Below, one piece after another: positions 8,747 through 17,730 of a DNA stretch of 64,000 nucleotides. The number at the start of each line of letters is the position of its first letter. Position 1 is the first letter of the stretch. Source of the DNA: a phage. The position numbers were made by a program, and so were the translations under genes. The notes beneath the pieces were generated by a model. That model saw nothing but the letters and a program-made list of their open reading frames with translations, was not told the DNA's origin and ran no database searches. The stretch lies in NCBI GenBank assembly GCA_023732985.1, contig GCA_023732985.1_3946.1, one strand, 5' to 3'.

Positions 8747-10891
8747 ATGAACAAAGTACAGATTATTAAAAAGAATGGCTCACTTGAAGAACCGGATATC
8801 AAAAAAGTTTTAGCAGCAGTAACTAAGTCAGCTAACAGGGTTGGGTATAAAGAACTCCCACCAGATGTTACCCAAGCTCTTGAGTCAGCATTTATGAGAC
8901 TTCTGGTGAAGTCCACTAAGCAGAATAATTTACTAATCTCGGTAAATGATATTCACAGTATTGTTGAGGGTGCTTTGGCAGAAGTTAATCACGAGATTTA
9001 CGAGTCTTACTCAACATACAGAAATTACCGTAAAGAGGTTGCTCAAAATTGGGATGAACTTTACCAAAAGACTAGAGACACACTCTTCTTAGGTGACCGT
9101 GAAAATGCTAACTTTGACAGCAGTTTAATTTCTACGAAAGGTTCAATTATCCGTGGTTACCTGACTAAAGAAATCTTTAAACAGTATCATCTAACACCAG
9201 AGGAACTTGAAGCCATTGAGAAAGGCTTTATCTATATCCACGATTTGAGAGACCTGATTTTTGGTGGTATTAACTGTTGCCTGTTTGACATTGGTAAAGT
9301 ACTAAAAGGTGGCTTTGAAATGTCCGGCATTGAGTACTGTGAACCTAAATCTGTACTGTCAGCGTTGCAGGTTATTGGTGACGTAGTACTTTCAGCAACT
9401 GCACAGCAATTTGGTGGTTTTACTTTAGCAGAGATTGATAAGGTACTTGTACCGTATGCTAAGAAGTCTCTACGCTATCATGCTGAGAAAGCATCATCTT
9501 ATGGTATTCCTAAAGAGCATTACCACAATTATGTAATGGAGCAGTTACAAATTGAACTGACTCAAGGTTTTCAGTCACTTGAGATGAAACTAAATACCGT
9601 ACCTTGTAGCCGTGGTGATTTTGCATTCACAACTTTAACATTTGGTTTACTTGACTCAGATATGTCTAATGAGGATAATCGACTCCAATACATGATTGCA
9701 AGTACTCTCCTAGATGTTCGTATGAATGGACAAGGCAAGAGCAAAAAACCTGTTGTATTCCCTAAACTGGTTTATATTTATGACCAGAAGAGACATGATG
9801 AAAATATCTGTCAAGGTCACCTGTACAGTAAAGCTATTGAGTGTTGCTCTAAAGCAATGTACCCAGATTTCTTAAGTGTGTCTGGTCATGGTGCTGTAGC
9901 AGAGGCTTTTGAGCGTTCTGGTAAGGTAATTTCACCGATGGGTTGCAGAGCCTTTTTATCTCCATATTTTAATGAGGATGGGGAAGAGTTTTACGTTGGT
10001 CGTGCTAACATTGGTGCTGTATCTTTGAACTTGCCAATGATTTACCAGTACTCTAAAGAGAATGGTTTAGATTTCTGGAAAGAGCTTGATAAGTACCTAG
10101 AGATGATTCGCAACTTCCACAAGAAACGCTACGAAATGATTGCTAATATGCCAGCAAGTTCTAACCCTCTTGCGTTCACACAAGGTGGTCTGTACAAAGG
10201 AACTAAGAAACCTACTGACAAGGTTGGTTGGGATATTGTGAAGTCCTTCACAGCTTCTTTTGGTGTTACTGCGCTTGATGAGTTGTCTGTTCTTGCTGAA
10301 GGTAAACGACTTCATGAAGTTGGTAGCTATAGTTTTGCATATGATGTTCTGGCATACATCAACATGAAAACCGAAGAGTTTAAAAATGAAGATGGCTTCT
10401 TATATGCCGTCTATGGTACTCCAGCAGAATCACTATGTGGGACTCAGCTAAAACAGTTCAGAGATATGTTTGGGGTTATCAAAGGTGTTTCCGATAAGGA
10501 ATACTTTACAAACAGTTTCCATATGAATGTTGCAGCAGACATCTCACCATTTGAGAAGCAGGACTTAGAAGAGCCATTCTTCCATATCTGTAGAGGCGGT
10601 AGAATCCAGTATGTAAGAGTAGCTAACCCAGAAAACTTATCAGCACTTAAGAGTTGTATTACAAGAGGGATGTTGAAAGGTTTCTATCAGGGACTTAACT
10701 TTGACTTAGCAATCTGTGAACATTGTGGTAACAGACCAAAATCAGATGTTGAAGAGTGTGAAGTTTGTCACTCACATGATATCTCTGTGATTAACAGGGT
10801 GTGTGGTTATCTTGGATGGACTAAGATTAAAGGTGAATCACGAATGAATGATGCAAAAATCGCTGAGATTCGTGACAGAGTTTCTATGTAA
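8747..10891 (+). CDS. nrdD: anaerobic ribonucleoside-triphosphate reductase
   Basis: C-terminal Cys cluster (CEHCG...CEVC) and glycyl-radical motif RVCGYLG. Confidence 0.9.
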   Translation: MNKVQIIKKNGSLEEPDIKKVLAAVTKSANRVGYKELPPDVTQALESAFMRLLVKSTKQNNLLISVNDIHSIVEGALAEVNHEIYESYSTYRNYRKEVAQNWDELYQKTRDTLFLGDRENANFDSSLISTKGSIIRGYLTKEIFKQYHLTPEELEAIEKGFIYIHDLRDLIFGGINCCLFDIGKVLKGGFEMSGIEYCEPKSVLSALQVIGDVVLSATAQQFGGFTLAEIDKVLVPYAKKSLRYHAEKASSYGIPKEHYHNYVMEQLQIELTQGFQSLEMKLNTVPCSRGDFAFTTLTFGLLDSDMSNEDNRLQYMIASTLLDVRMNGQGKSKKPVVFPKLVYIYDQKRHDENICQGHLYSKAIECCSKAMYPDFLSVSGHGAVAEAFERSGKVISPMGCRAFLSPYFNEDGEEFYVGRANIGAVSLNLPMIYQYSKENGLDFWKELDKYLEMIRNFHKKRYEMIANMPASSNPLAFTQGGLYKGTKKPTDKVGWDIVKSFTASFGVTALDELSVLAEGKRLHEVGSYSFAYDVLAYINMKTEEFKNEDGFLYAVYGTPAESLCGTQLKQFRDMFGVIKGVSDKEYFTNSFHMNVAADISPFEKQDLEEPFFHICRGGRIQYVRVANPENLSALKSCITRGMLKGFYQGLNFDLAICEHCGNRPKSDVEECEVCHSHDISVINRVCGYLGWTKIKGESRMNDAKIAEIRDRVSM

Positions 10892-10953
10892 AACTTGACA
10901 TGGTGGTGTGAGTCTTGATAGGCTTACATCACCTTTTTTATTGGATGTTAGAT

Positions 10954-11070
10954 ATGGCAGAGAGTATTATTGGGTTGTTCATAGGTTCTGTCTTACTAGG
11001 GTTCTTTTTAGGACTCTCTTATTGTGAATTAAGAGGCAAGTTAAAATGTTTAAAATATCAAAAGCGTTGA
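10954..11070 (+). CDS. possible small membrane peptide (38 aa)
   Basis: hand-translated ORF MAESIIGLFIGSVLLGFFLGLSYC...; overlaps the start of the next ORF, so uncertain. Confidence 0.3.
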   Translation: MAESIIGLFIGSVLLGFFLGLSYCELRGKLKCLKYQKR

Positions 11071-11246
11071 TATACATTCTCCACATTCTAACCTTCTTCT
11101 TTGGGGTTAGTGTTATGGTATGGGGTTTTTCAGACCCACAATGGAGTTTCGCATATCAGGGTCAGATGGATTTATGGTCATGCTTCAAACCATTTTTAGG
11201 GTTAGTCATAGCATTCAGTGCATTGCCAACTAAGGTGAAATTATGA
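11046..11246 (+). CDS. small membrane protein
   Basis: AAGAGG RBS; hydrophobic 66 aa. Confidence 0.5.
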   Translation: MFKISKALIYILHILTFFFGVSVMVWGFSDPQWSFAYQGQMDLWSCFKPFLGLVIAFSALPTKVKL

Positions 11247-11638
11247 TTAAGTTGAACAAAAAACAGTTAGAGTGGATTAAAGATTATGCCTCAGAGTGTG
11301 GCTCTTGCGAAAAGAATCACGTAAGATATTCAACATTCCATACGACCTTCACATTGTACATCAGTGACAACGTTCTAAGTGATTCTGTAGAAGATGGTGT
11401 ACCGTTACCTAATGAATTACTTGACAAATTAGCTGTAGTTACTGGAACGTGGAGTGAAGAAGATGGTCACGAACTATCTGACGATGTTGTCTTCTACAGT
11501 CTTGAAAATATTATGAATCCAGAGTACATTATGCTAATGACTTGTGCACAAGACTGTGTACCATTACAAAACTTCATTAAAGAGCACTGCGAAGAGTTTA
11601 TTACTAAACAGGTTCCTTGTCAGGTGGTGTTTGAATGA
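11243..11638 (+). CDS. hypothetical protein
   Basis: ORF with start/stop overlap coupling. Confidence 0.55.
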   Translation: MIKLNKKQLEWIKDYASECGSCEKNHVRYSTFHTTFTLYISDNVLSDSVEDGVPLPNELLDKLAVVTGTWSEEDGHELSDDVVFYSLENIMNPEYIMLMTCAQDCVPLQNFIKEHCEEFITKQVPCQVVFE

Positions 11639-11934
11639 GTAAAACAATTCGAAGAAAAGGTTTAAAGAACGTTCACGGACTCTATGAGTGGAGGAATGAG
11701 GTACGTAACAGAGAGAACGCTTCAGATATCTACTTCCATTCTGATATGATGTCCAGAAAAGGTGGCTCTTATGACTTTACAAGTCAACCTTGTAGAGAGA
11801 TTAAGAAGGCTACTAAACGTATTACAAGAACACAAATAAGACAGCTTTCTAAGACATCCTTCTTAGATGAAGACTTTGACATTGATAGCAAGTCTCCAAA
11901 GAAAGCTGCAAAGAACGTCTATATGTATTGGTGA
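11635..11934 (+). CDS. hypothetical protein
   Basis: ORF with start/stop overlap coupling. Confidence 0.5.
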   Translation: MSKTIRRKGLKNVHGLYEWRNEVRNRENASDIYFHSDMMSRKGGSYDFTSQPCREIKKATKRITRTQIRQLSKTSFLDEDFDIDSKSPKKAAKNVYMYW

Positions 11935-12056
11935 GGTAATTTGTGAATGTATAGGGTTATAGGTGCGTTTGTCATTTTCTTAATGGTGGCATTTGTATAT
12001 ACATTAGCAGCGTCAGTAATTGGATTACCAAACCCTTTGATTTGGAGGTTAAACTA

Positions 12057-12542
12057 ATGAATTACATGGAGATTAGACCATTTGACACAGCTAATGGTGA
12101 AGGGGTCCGTGTAAGTCTCTTCGTAGCTGGTTGTAAGCATCACTGTGAAGGTTGCTTTAATAAGGAATCTTGGAAGTTTAATGCTGGTAAAGAGTTCACT
12201 TATGCAAACCTTTATGGCATCATTAAGTTAATGGATGATAATGCCATCAGTGGGCTGTCAATACTTGGTGGAGAACCTCTAGATGATAGAAATATTCAAG
12301 AGGTTACCAACATATGCAAACGTATTAAAACCGTTTACCCAGAAAAATCTATCTGGCTCTGGACAGGTTTTCAGTTACATGAAAAAATTCACCTTGATGT
12401 GATGAAATATGTTGACGTGGTGATTGATGGTAAGTATGATTCATCTAAACCAACAGTTAAACCGTATCGTGGTTCAGATAACCAAAACCTCTGGAGAAAA
12501 GAGTACGGATGGCAAGGTGATTGTCAGTGGAGAGCAGAGTAA
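12057..12542 (+). CDS. nrdG: anaerobic RNR activating protein (radical SAM)
   Basis: CKHHCEGC is a CxxxCxxC radical-SAM cluster near the N-terminus; ATG at 12057 follows GGAGG; downstream of nrdD. Confidence 0.75.
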   Translation: MNYMEIRPFDTANGEGVRVSLFVAGCKHHCEGCFNKESWKFNAGKEFTYANLYGIIKLMDDNAISGLSILGGEPLDDRNIQEVTNICKRIKTVYPEKSIWLWTGFQLHEKIHLDVMKYVDVVIDGKYDSSKPTVKPYRGSDNQNLWRKEYGWQGDCQWRAE

Positions 12543-12666
12543 ATCTCGTTATAAAGTAGGTTATCGGTAAAAGCCACTTTACAATGTTCTACAGAACAAA
12601 CTTAACCGTTGGTATCACTGAAGAAGAACTTAAAACATTTTGTGAAAAGATTGAGAGAGATATGAA

Positions 12667-12924
12667 ATGGGACTCTGGAATAGTTTTAAATCAAAAGTGA
12701 AAGCAGCACTAGCTTCATTAGGTATGCTCACTGGTGTTGATGTGACTCATCTTATGCAGAACTTCAAGATGGATGAGAAACTGGCTAATGAGATTATGAA
12801 AAGCATCTATGTAGGCCGTGGCAAAGGTGGTAAGAAGCAAGCCCATCGTCCGACTGGTGCAGCAGCAATTAAACGCGCAGCTAAGAAAGCTCGTAACCGT
12901 AAACGTAATAAGAAGGCTAAATAA
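12667..12924 (+). CDS. small basic hypothetical protein
   Basis: 85 aa with Lys/Arg-rich C-terminus. Confidence 0.45.
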   Translation: MGLWNSFKSKVKAALASLGMLTGVDVTHLMQNFKMDEKLANEIMKSIYVGRGKGGKKQAHRPTGAAAIKRAAKKARNRKRNKKAK

Positions 12925-12926
12925 TC

Positions 12927-13247
12927 ATGAGCAAAGTTTATAACACTCGTAAATTACAGATTTTCTTACTGTGCCAGTTTATGGCTAGAGAACATAACTC
13001 CTACTATTGTGGTACAGGATTCATTAGTGATAATGATGGCTCATATCTCCCATTCAAAGAGGCTGTAAAACTCTTCAATGAAGAGAAAAGCTCTGAGAAA
13101 GGTATTGAAAAGGTTAAATTAACCTATAGTAAGAAAGATAAGAAGATTATCTGCCTAGATAACTTTGTGAAAGTTACCAAAGAAACTAAAGAGTTAATGG
13201 AAGAAAGTGAAATTCCATTCACAAGAATCTTGAAAGTAGCTCAGTAA
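12927..13247 (+). CDS. hypothetical protein
   Basis: ORF followed by intrinsic terminator. Confidence 0.5.
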   Translation: MSKVYNTRKLQIFLLCQFMAREHNSYYCGTGFISDNDGSYLPFKEAVKLFNEEKSSEKGIEKVKLTYSKKDKKIICLDNFVKVTKETKELMEESEIPFTRILKVAQ

Positions 13248-13258
13248 GCAGATACTAT

Positions 13259-13286
13259 AAGGGAACTGTAAAGGTTCCCTTTTTAT
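13259..13286 (+). terminator. intrinsic terminator
   Basis: GGGAAC ... GTTCCC then TTTTT. Confidence 0.6.
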
Positions 13287-13298
13287 TTTGGAGATAGT

Positions 13299-13814
13299 AT
13301 GTACCTGTCAAATCTGAAACGTTCTGCTGCAATGTCAGTGTTAAGACTCAGTTTTGAGGAACGTCAAGAGTTCATTGACTCCCACCAATACGACCCTTCC
13401 AACTCCAATCACATGATTCTCTGGAATCGTGAGAGTACTCGTGAAAGAGCATTATTTCGATATTACCCACACTACACCATAGATAATCTGTATGAATGTT
13501 TTGTTGTGAAGAACACCATTACAGTACTCAATAAACTTTGCAGATACACAGGCAGTCAATCCTTCACATTAGGTCATCACAAACCTATTACAAAAGGTGG
13601 TGAACATCACTGTGCAAACTGGTTTATCCAAACTAAAGCTGATAACCAGAAGCAAGGAGATAGCCTCCTAAGTATCCCTAAGATGACCTATGAAGAGCAA
13701 GAGAAATATATCAAAAATAATATGCCAGATGTGCTTGACAACAACTATACAGATTTGGCAATATCTCTCCTGTTGAAGTTCGAGACAGTTTATAGGGCAA
13801 CTTATAATGGCTAA
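13299..13814 (+). CDS. HNH endonuclease
   Basis: GHHKPITKGGEHHCANWFIQTKADNQKQGD resembles the HNH motif. Confidence 0.6.
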   Translation: MYLSNLKRSAAMSVLRLSFEERQEFIDSHQYDPSNSNHMILWNRESTRERALFRYYPHYTIDNLYECFVVKNTITVLNKLCRYTGSQSFTLGHHKPITKGGEHHCANWFIQTKADNQKQGDSLLSIPKMTYEEQEKYIKNNMPDVLDNNYTDLAISLLLKFETVYRATYNG

Positions 13815-14085
13815 AGAAAAGTGGGAGATTTTACCATTAGTCAGTGAAGGAGGTAATGGTTGTGAAATGTACATGATACGTGGTCATGTTCCAGAGCCAA
13901 TTGCACTTGAGATGGTAAACAACTTTACAGATGGTTCTTACAAAGACTTAGGCGAACCAACTGTCAAGCAACAATGGGTTAAACCTGTACCAGACAGCAC
14001 AGGTAACTGTAGTGTACTTTATCACGTTGTAGACCCTGCAAAATGCAAATCTGCAATGGCAGTAACAAACGTAACTTTTGATTGA
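13807..14085 (+). CDS. hypothetical protein
   Basis: ORF overlapping upstream stop. Confidence 0.5.
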   Translation: MAKEKWEILPLVSEGGNGCEMYMIRGHVPEPIALEMVNNFTDGSYKDLGEPTVKQQWVKPVPDSTGNCSVLYHVVDPAKCKSAMAVTNVTFD

Positions 14086-14096
14086 GAGAGAAAACT

Positions 14097-14978
14097 ATGA
14101 AAACATCTATCCGTGTTACAGTTCATTCACCAACTAAAGGAACTCATGAAGAAGAGTTTAACATCATCCAATTTCCTTCTGGTGAGATTGGTGGACACTT
14201 TTCGCCAGAGTTTGTTGATTTCACTGCTTATGCAGCATCATCCATCAACAATGTGATTATGGTTGTAAAAGGCTATGATAAGGATACATTGTTTGCTGTG
14301 GCACTTGCTAAAGAAGCAATTGATGATTTAATTCCTCATGATTATGCTTTAAAAACTGTCATCTTTTACTACTTACCAAATGCACGTTATGACCGTCACA
14401 TGTTTAAAGGCGACGCAGCAGCTTTAAAGGTTTTTGCTAAACAGGTAAATGCAATGGGATTTGGTGCAGTCTGTGCAGTTGACCCTCACAGCTATGTACC
14501 AGATAACCTGTTTAACTGCTTCCAGAGTATTCCTCAAAAGGAAATTGCAGTCCACTATGCAAATGACCCACTGATTGATTACTTAGTAGCCCCAGATGCA
14601 GGTGCTGCTAAGAAGATTGCAGAGACTGCTAAAGATGTGGATAAACCATATATCACAATGTCTAAAGTACGCAACCTTAAGACTGGTGAAATTACTGGTA
14701 TGCGAATCCTTGATGATGTTGATTTGACAGATAAAACCGTCATGATTCTGGATGATATCTGTGATGGTGGTCGAACCTTCATAGAAGCAGCTAAACATCT
14801 TCGTGAAGCAGGTGCAAAACGTGTGGAACTCTATGTAACACACGGTATCTTCTCTAAAGATGTTGAAAACCTTCTTGACAATGGCATTGACCACATCTAC
14901 ACTACAAACTCTTTAGGGGAAGCTAAAGACCGTGGCTTAACACATTATGGTCAAGTTACTGTAGCAAACCTTGATTGA
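14097..14978 (+). CDS. ribose-phosphate pyrophosphokinase-like protein (Prs-like; possible ADPR pyrophosphorylating enzyme)
   Basis: VMILDDICDGGRTF is a PRPP-binding P-loop motif; about 294 aa; directly upstream of the NAMPT-like gene. Confidence 0.7.
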   Translation: MKTSIRVTVHSPTKGTHEEEFNIIQFPSGEIGGHFSPEFVDFTAYAASSINNVIMVVKGYDKDTLFAVALAKEAIDDLIPHDYALKTVIFYYLPNARYDRHMFKGDAAALKVFAKQVNAMGFGAVCAVDPHSYVPDNLFNCFQSIPQKEIAVHYANDPLIDYLVAPDAGAAKKIAETAKDVDKPYITMSKVRNLKTGEITGMRILDDVDLTDKTVMILDDICDGGRTFIEAAKHLREAGAKRVELYVTHGIFSKDVENLLDNGIDHIYTTNSLGEAKDRGLTHYGQVTVANLD

Positions 14979-14998
14979 AACTTTATAGGGGCTTAAAA
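14977..14998 (+). terminator. intrinsic terminator
   Basis: GGGGCTT-AAA-AGCCCC then ATTTT. Confidence 0.55.
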
Positions 14999-15023
14999 GC
15001 CCCATTTTGAGAGAGATTAAAAG

Positions 15024-16805
15024 ATGACTAAATCACTTTATGCAGTACCAGCAGGTTTAAACGCAGATGCTTACAAATCTGGTCATGTTTACCAGTACCC
15101 TAGTGCAACAGAGTACTTGATGTTCAACCTGACACCACGTAGTGACAAATGGTTTAACAGCCCCTTAGCAATTGATGGTGTAGTAGCTTTTGGTATTCAA
15201 CGTTTCGTTAAAGATTACTTGATAGACCACTGGAACGCCACTTTCTTTGAACGTGATAAAAAAGAAGCCATTGATGAAATCTTAGAAGTCATGAATGGTG
15301 TTCTGGGTAAAGATGCTATCGGTCGAGAGCATTGGGAAGCACTTCACGACTTAGGTTATCTACCAGTTGAAGTATACGCTGTAGAAGAAGGTACAGTTGT
15401 TCCTATGCGTGTACCAATGATTGTCTTCCAGAACACTGTTTCAGGTTTCCATTGGGTAGCGGGATATCTGGAAGATGCTTTCTCTGCTGAGATTTGGAAG
15501 GCTTGTACCATTGCAACTATTGCATTGCATTATAAACGCATCTGTAAGAAGTGGGCTGACCTTACTTGCGACAATGACTTACATTTACCTTATCAGTGCC
15601 ATGACTTTGCTATGCGTGGTATGTCCGGCTTTACTGATGACGCATTTAACGCTGTAGGCCACTTAACCAGCTTTAAAGGGACTGATAGCTTCCCTGCTGT
15701 ATATACAGCTAAACGCATCTACGGACAGTCTTACCCAGTCTCTGATATTGGTGGTTCTGTACCAGCCACTGAACACTCTGTAATGTGTGCAAACATTGCT
15801 TGGGAAGGTGGTAATGAGTTGGTTGAAGAAGAAAGACGCTTTAAAGGTGAGTTGCAAACCTTCCGTCGCTTCTTAACAGAAACTTATCCAACTGGTATTG
15901 CAAGTGTTGTTTCAGACACTTATAACTTCTGGAGAACTGTGTCAGAAATCTTACCAGCACTCCGTAAAGAAATTATGGAACGTGATGGCAAACTGGTAAT
16001 TCGTCCTGACTCTGGAGACCCTGTACACATTGTCACAGGTTATAAAGCAATCCACTTAGAGTGTGCTAAAAAGGCTTATTATGAGCACCTAAGCAAGCTG
16101 GAAGCCAGTGACACAATGTTGAATGCTGTTCTGAACATGAAGCTTGAAAACATCAACTATGGTATTGCTGGATGGCTACTGTCAGAAGGCTACGAAATGG
16201 TTGTTGACAGAGAAGACTTTGAAGCTGCTGATACGGTGATGTTGAAGAATGCTTATATGGTTGGCTCTGCAAATGTTGTAACACGTCCTGTAGCTGAGAT
16301 TGATGGAGCTATTAAGACACTGTACAACATCTTTGGGGGAACTATCAACTCTAAAGGCTTTAAGGTACTGGATGAGCACATTGGACTTATCTATGGTGAC
16401 TCTATCACGTTGGAACGTGCAAACGAAATCCTGAAGCGCCTGTACGAAATGGGTTTTGCAAGCTCTAACGTAGTGTTTGGTGTAGGTTCTTACACTTACC
16501 AGTACATGACTCGTGACACATTTGCATTTGCTGTCAAAGCAACTCTTGCAAGCATTGGTGGTAAAGAGATTATGCTTGCAAAAGACCCTAAAACAGATAG
16601 TGGTATTAAGAAGTCTGCTTTTGGTGGTGTAGCCCCTATGTGGGATGGTGAGAATTTGAAAGCTGTAGATGGCTATGGATTCCAGAGCTTTGCAGATGCA
16701 CTTGAACATCCAGCTTGTGCTTTACGTTTAGTCTTTAGCGACTCTGAGCAGTACGGTTACACAACTCTTGGTGATATTCGAAATAATATTGACAAGCAGC
16801 TTTAA
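15024..16805 (+). CDS. nicotinamide phosphoribosyltransferase-like protein (NadV/NAMPT family)
   Basis: VVFGVGSYTYQYMTRDTFAFAVKAT resembles the conserved NAMPT motif; large type II PRTase-like protein. Confidence 0.75.
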   Translation: MTKSLYAVPAGLNADAYKSGHVYQYPSATEYLMFNLTPRSDKWFNSPLAIDGVVAFGIQRFVKDYLIDHWNATFFERDKKEAIDEILEVMNGVLGKDAIGREHWEALHDLGYLPVEVYAVEEGTVVPMRVPMIVFQNTVSGFHWVAGYLEDAFSAEIWKACTIATIALHYKRICKKWADLTCDNDLHLPYQCHDFAMRGMSGFTDDAFNAVGHLTSFKGTDSFPAVYTAKRIYGQSYPVSDIGGSVPATEHSVMCANIAWEGGNELVEEERRFKGELQTFRRFLTETYPTGIASVVSDTYNFWRTVSEILPALRKEIMERDGKLVIRPDSGDPVHIVTGYKAIHLECAKKAYYEHLSKLEASDTMLNAVLNMKLENINYGIAGWLLSEGYEMVVDREDFEAADTVMLKNAYMVGSANVVTRPVAEIDGAIKTLYNIFGGTINSKGFKVLDEHIGLIYGDSITLERANEILKRLYEMGFASSNVVFGVGSYTYQYMTRDTFAFAVKATLASIGGKEIMLAKDPKTDSGIKKSAFGGVAPMWDGENLKAVDGYGFQSFADALEHPACALRLVFSDSEQYGYTTLGDIRNNIDKQL

Positions 16806-16818
16806 AAGTATATGATAA

Positions 16819-16842
16819 GAGGCTCCTACGGGAGCCTTTTTA
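16819..16842 (+). terminator. intrinsic terminator
   Basis: GGCTCC-TACG-GGAGCC then TTTTT. Confidence 0.65.
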
Positions 16843-16858
16843 ATTTCTGGAGAATGCT

Positions 16859-17203
16859 ATGGACAACCTTTCCATATGGTTTAACAATAAACCTGTACAA
16901 CCGAAATACTTACAAGTTGCCTATACAGACATCCTTAAAGTTCTCGGTAAAGAAAAGTTTGAAAAGTTTTGTGAAGGTATCTACAATCACCACTGCCAAT
17001 TTGCTACAAAAGAAGGTATGTTTGTCATAGAACAGTTCTTTGGCAGAGACCCAGATGACTACGAAGAGATTAGCTTTGTAATGAAATACATGATAGAGTA
17101 TATTGAAAATCGTGGATTCGAAGTTAATCCTGAATTTTATGAACATGAGGGTGTACCTTTAGCAAAAGGTTTCGATGGCATACTCATTAACTGGACTTGG
17201 TGA
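16859..17203 (+). CDS. hypothetical protein
   Basis: GGAGA RBS; ORF after terminator. Confidence 0.5.
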   Translation: MDNLSIWFNNKPVQPKYLQVAYTDILKVLGKEKFEKFCEGIYNHHCQFATKEGMFVIEQFFGRDPDDYEEISFVMKYMIEYIENRGFEVNPEFYEHEGVPLAKGFDGILINWTW

Positions 17204-17544
17204 AAACTATGAAAATCAAAGAGATGAACATCAACATTATCTTAGAAGAACGTTGGGAGAACATTAAGAAACCTGAAGATGGTAAAAAGTTCCTTAACAA
17301 AATTTTAGTAGCAGCTAAAGAAGAACTGACTGGCAAGATTGCAGCAGCAATCACAATAAAAGTTTGTGTAAAAGGTCTTCCAGACCATCACCAATTTGCA
17401 CTTGACGAGTTTAAAAAAAGCTTCTACAATCCAAACAAACAGATGCTTGAAAGTAACTTTGCAGTATCTACAAGTATCGTCCATGACAGAAGCTTTATCC
17501 TTTACAAAAACATGAGGGGTGAGTCATGCAAGCATATTGGGTAG
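17197..17544 (+). CDS. hypothetical protein
   Basis: ORF overlapping upstream stop. Confidence 0.5.
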   Translation: MVKTMKIKEMNINIILEERWENIKKPEDGKKFLNKILVAAKEELTGKIAAAITIKVCVKGLPDHHQFALDEFKKSFYNPNKQMLESNFAVSTSIVHDRSFILYKNMRGESCKHIG

Positions 17545-17702
17545 AAACTTTACTGTCACTTGGTAGTGTAGCAGTCCTTGTTTATCTTCTTTGTAAGTAC
17601 TTTGCAGAACACAAGAAGTGTGACTACTGTAACGGAGAAGGGTATACAAGAGCAGGTTGTTGCCCTATGTGTGGTGGTTCTGGTAAAATGTTTAATAAGT
17701 AA
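17526..17702 (+). CDS. small membrane-anchored zinc-ribbon protein (58 aa)
   Basis: hand-translated ORF: N-terminal hydrophobic helix then CDYCNGEG and CPMCGGSG (two CxxCxGxG motifs). Confidence 0.4.
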   Translation: MQAYWVETLLSLGSVAVLVYLLCKYFAEHKKCDYCNGEGYTRAGCCPMCGGSGKMFNK

Positions 17703-17730
17703 TTTAACAGTAAACTAAGAGGAAAGTATT

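Noticed and set aside
4640-10891. Possible group I introns or inteins in the RNR genes, as seen in some large phages
   Set aside because: nrdA, nrdB and nrdD are continuous ORFs of ordinary length with motifs in the expected order; no intervening non-coding block or extra endonuclease-sized insertion.
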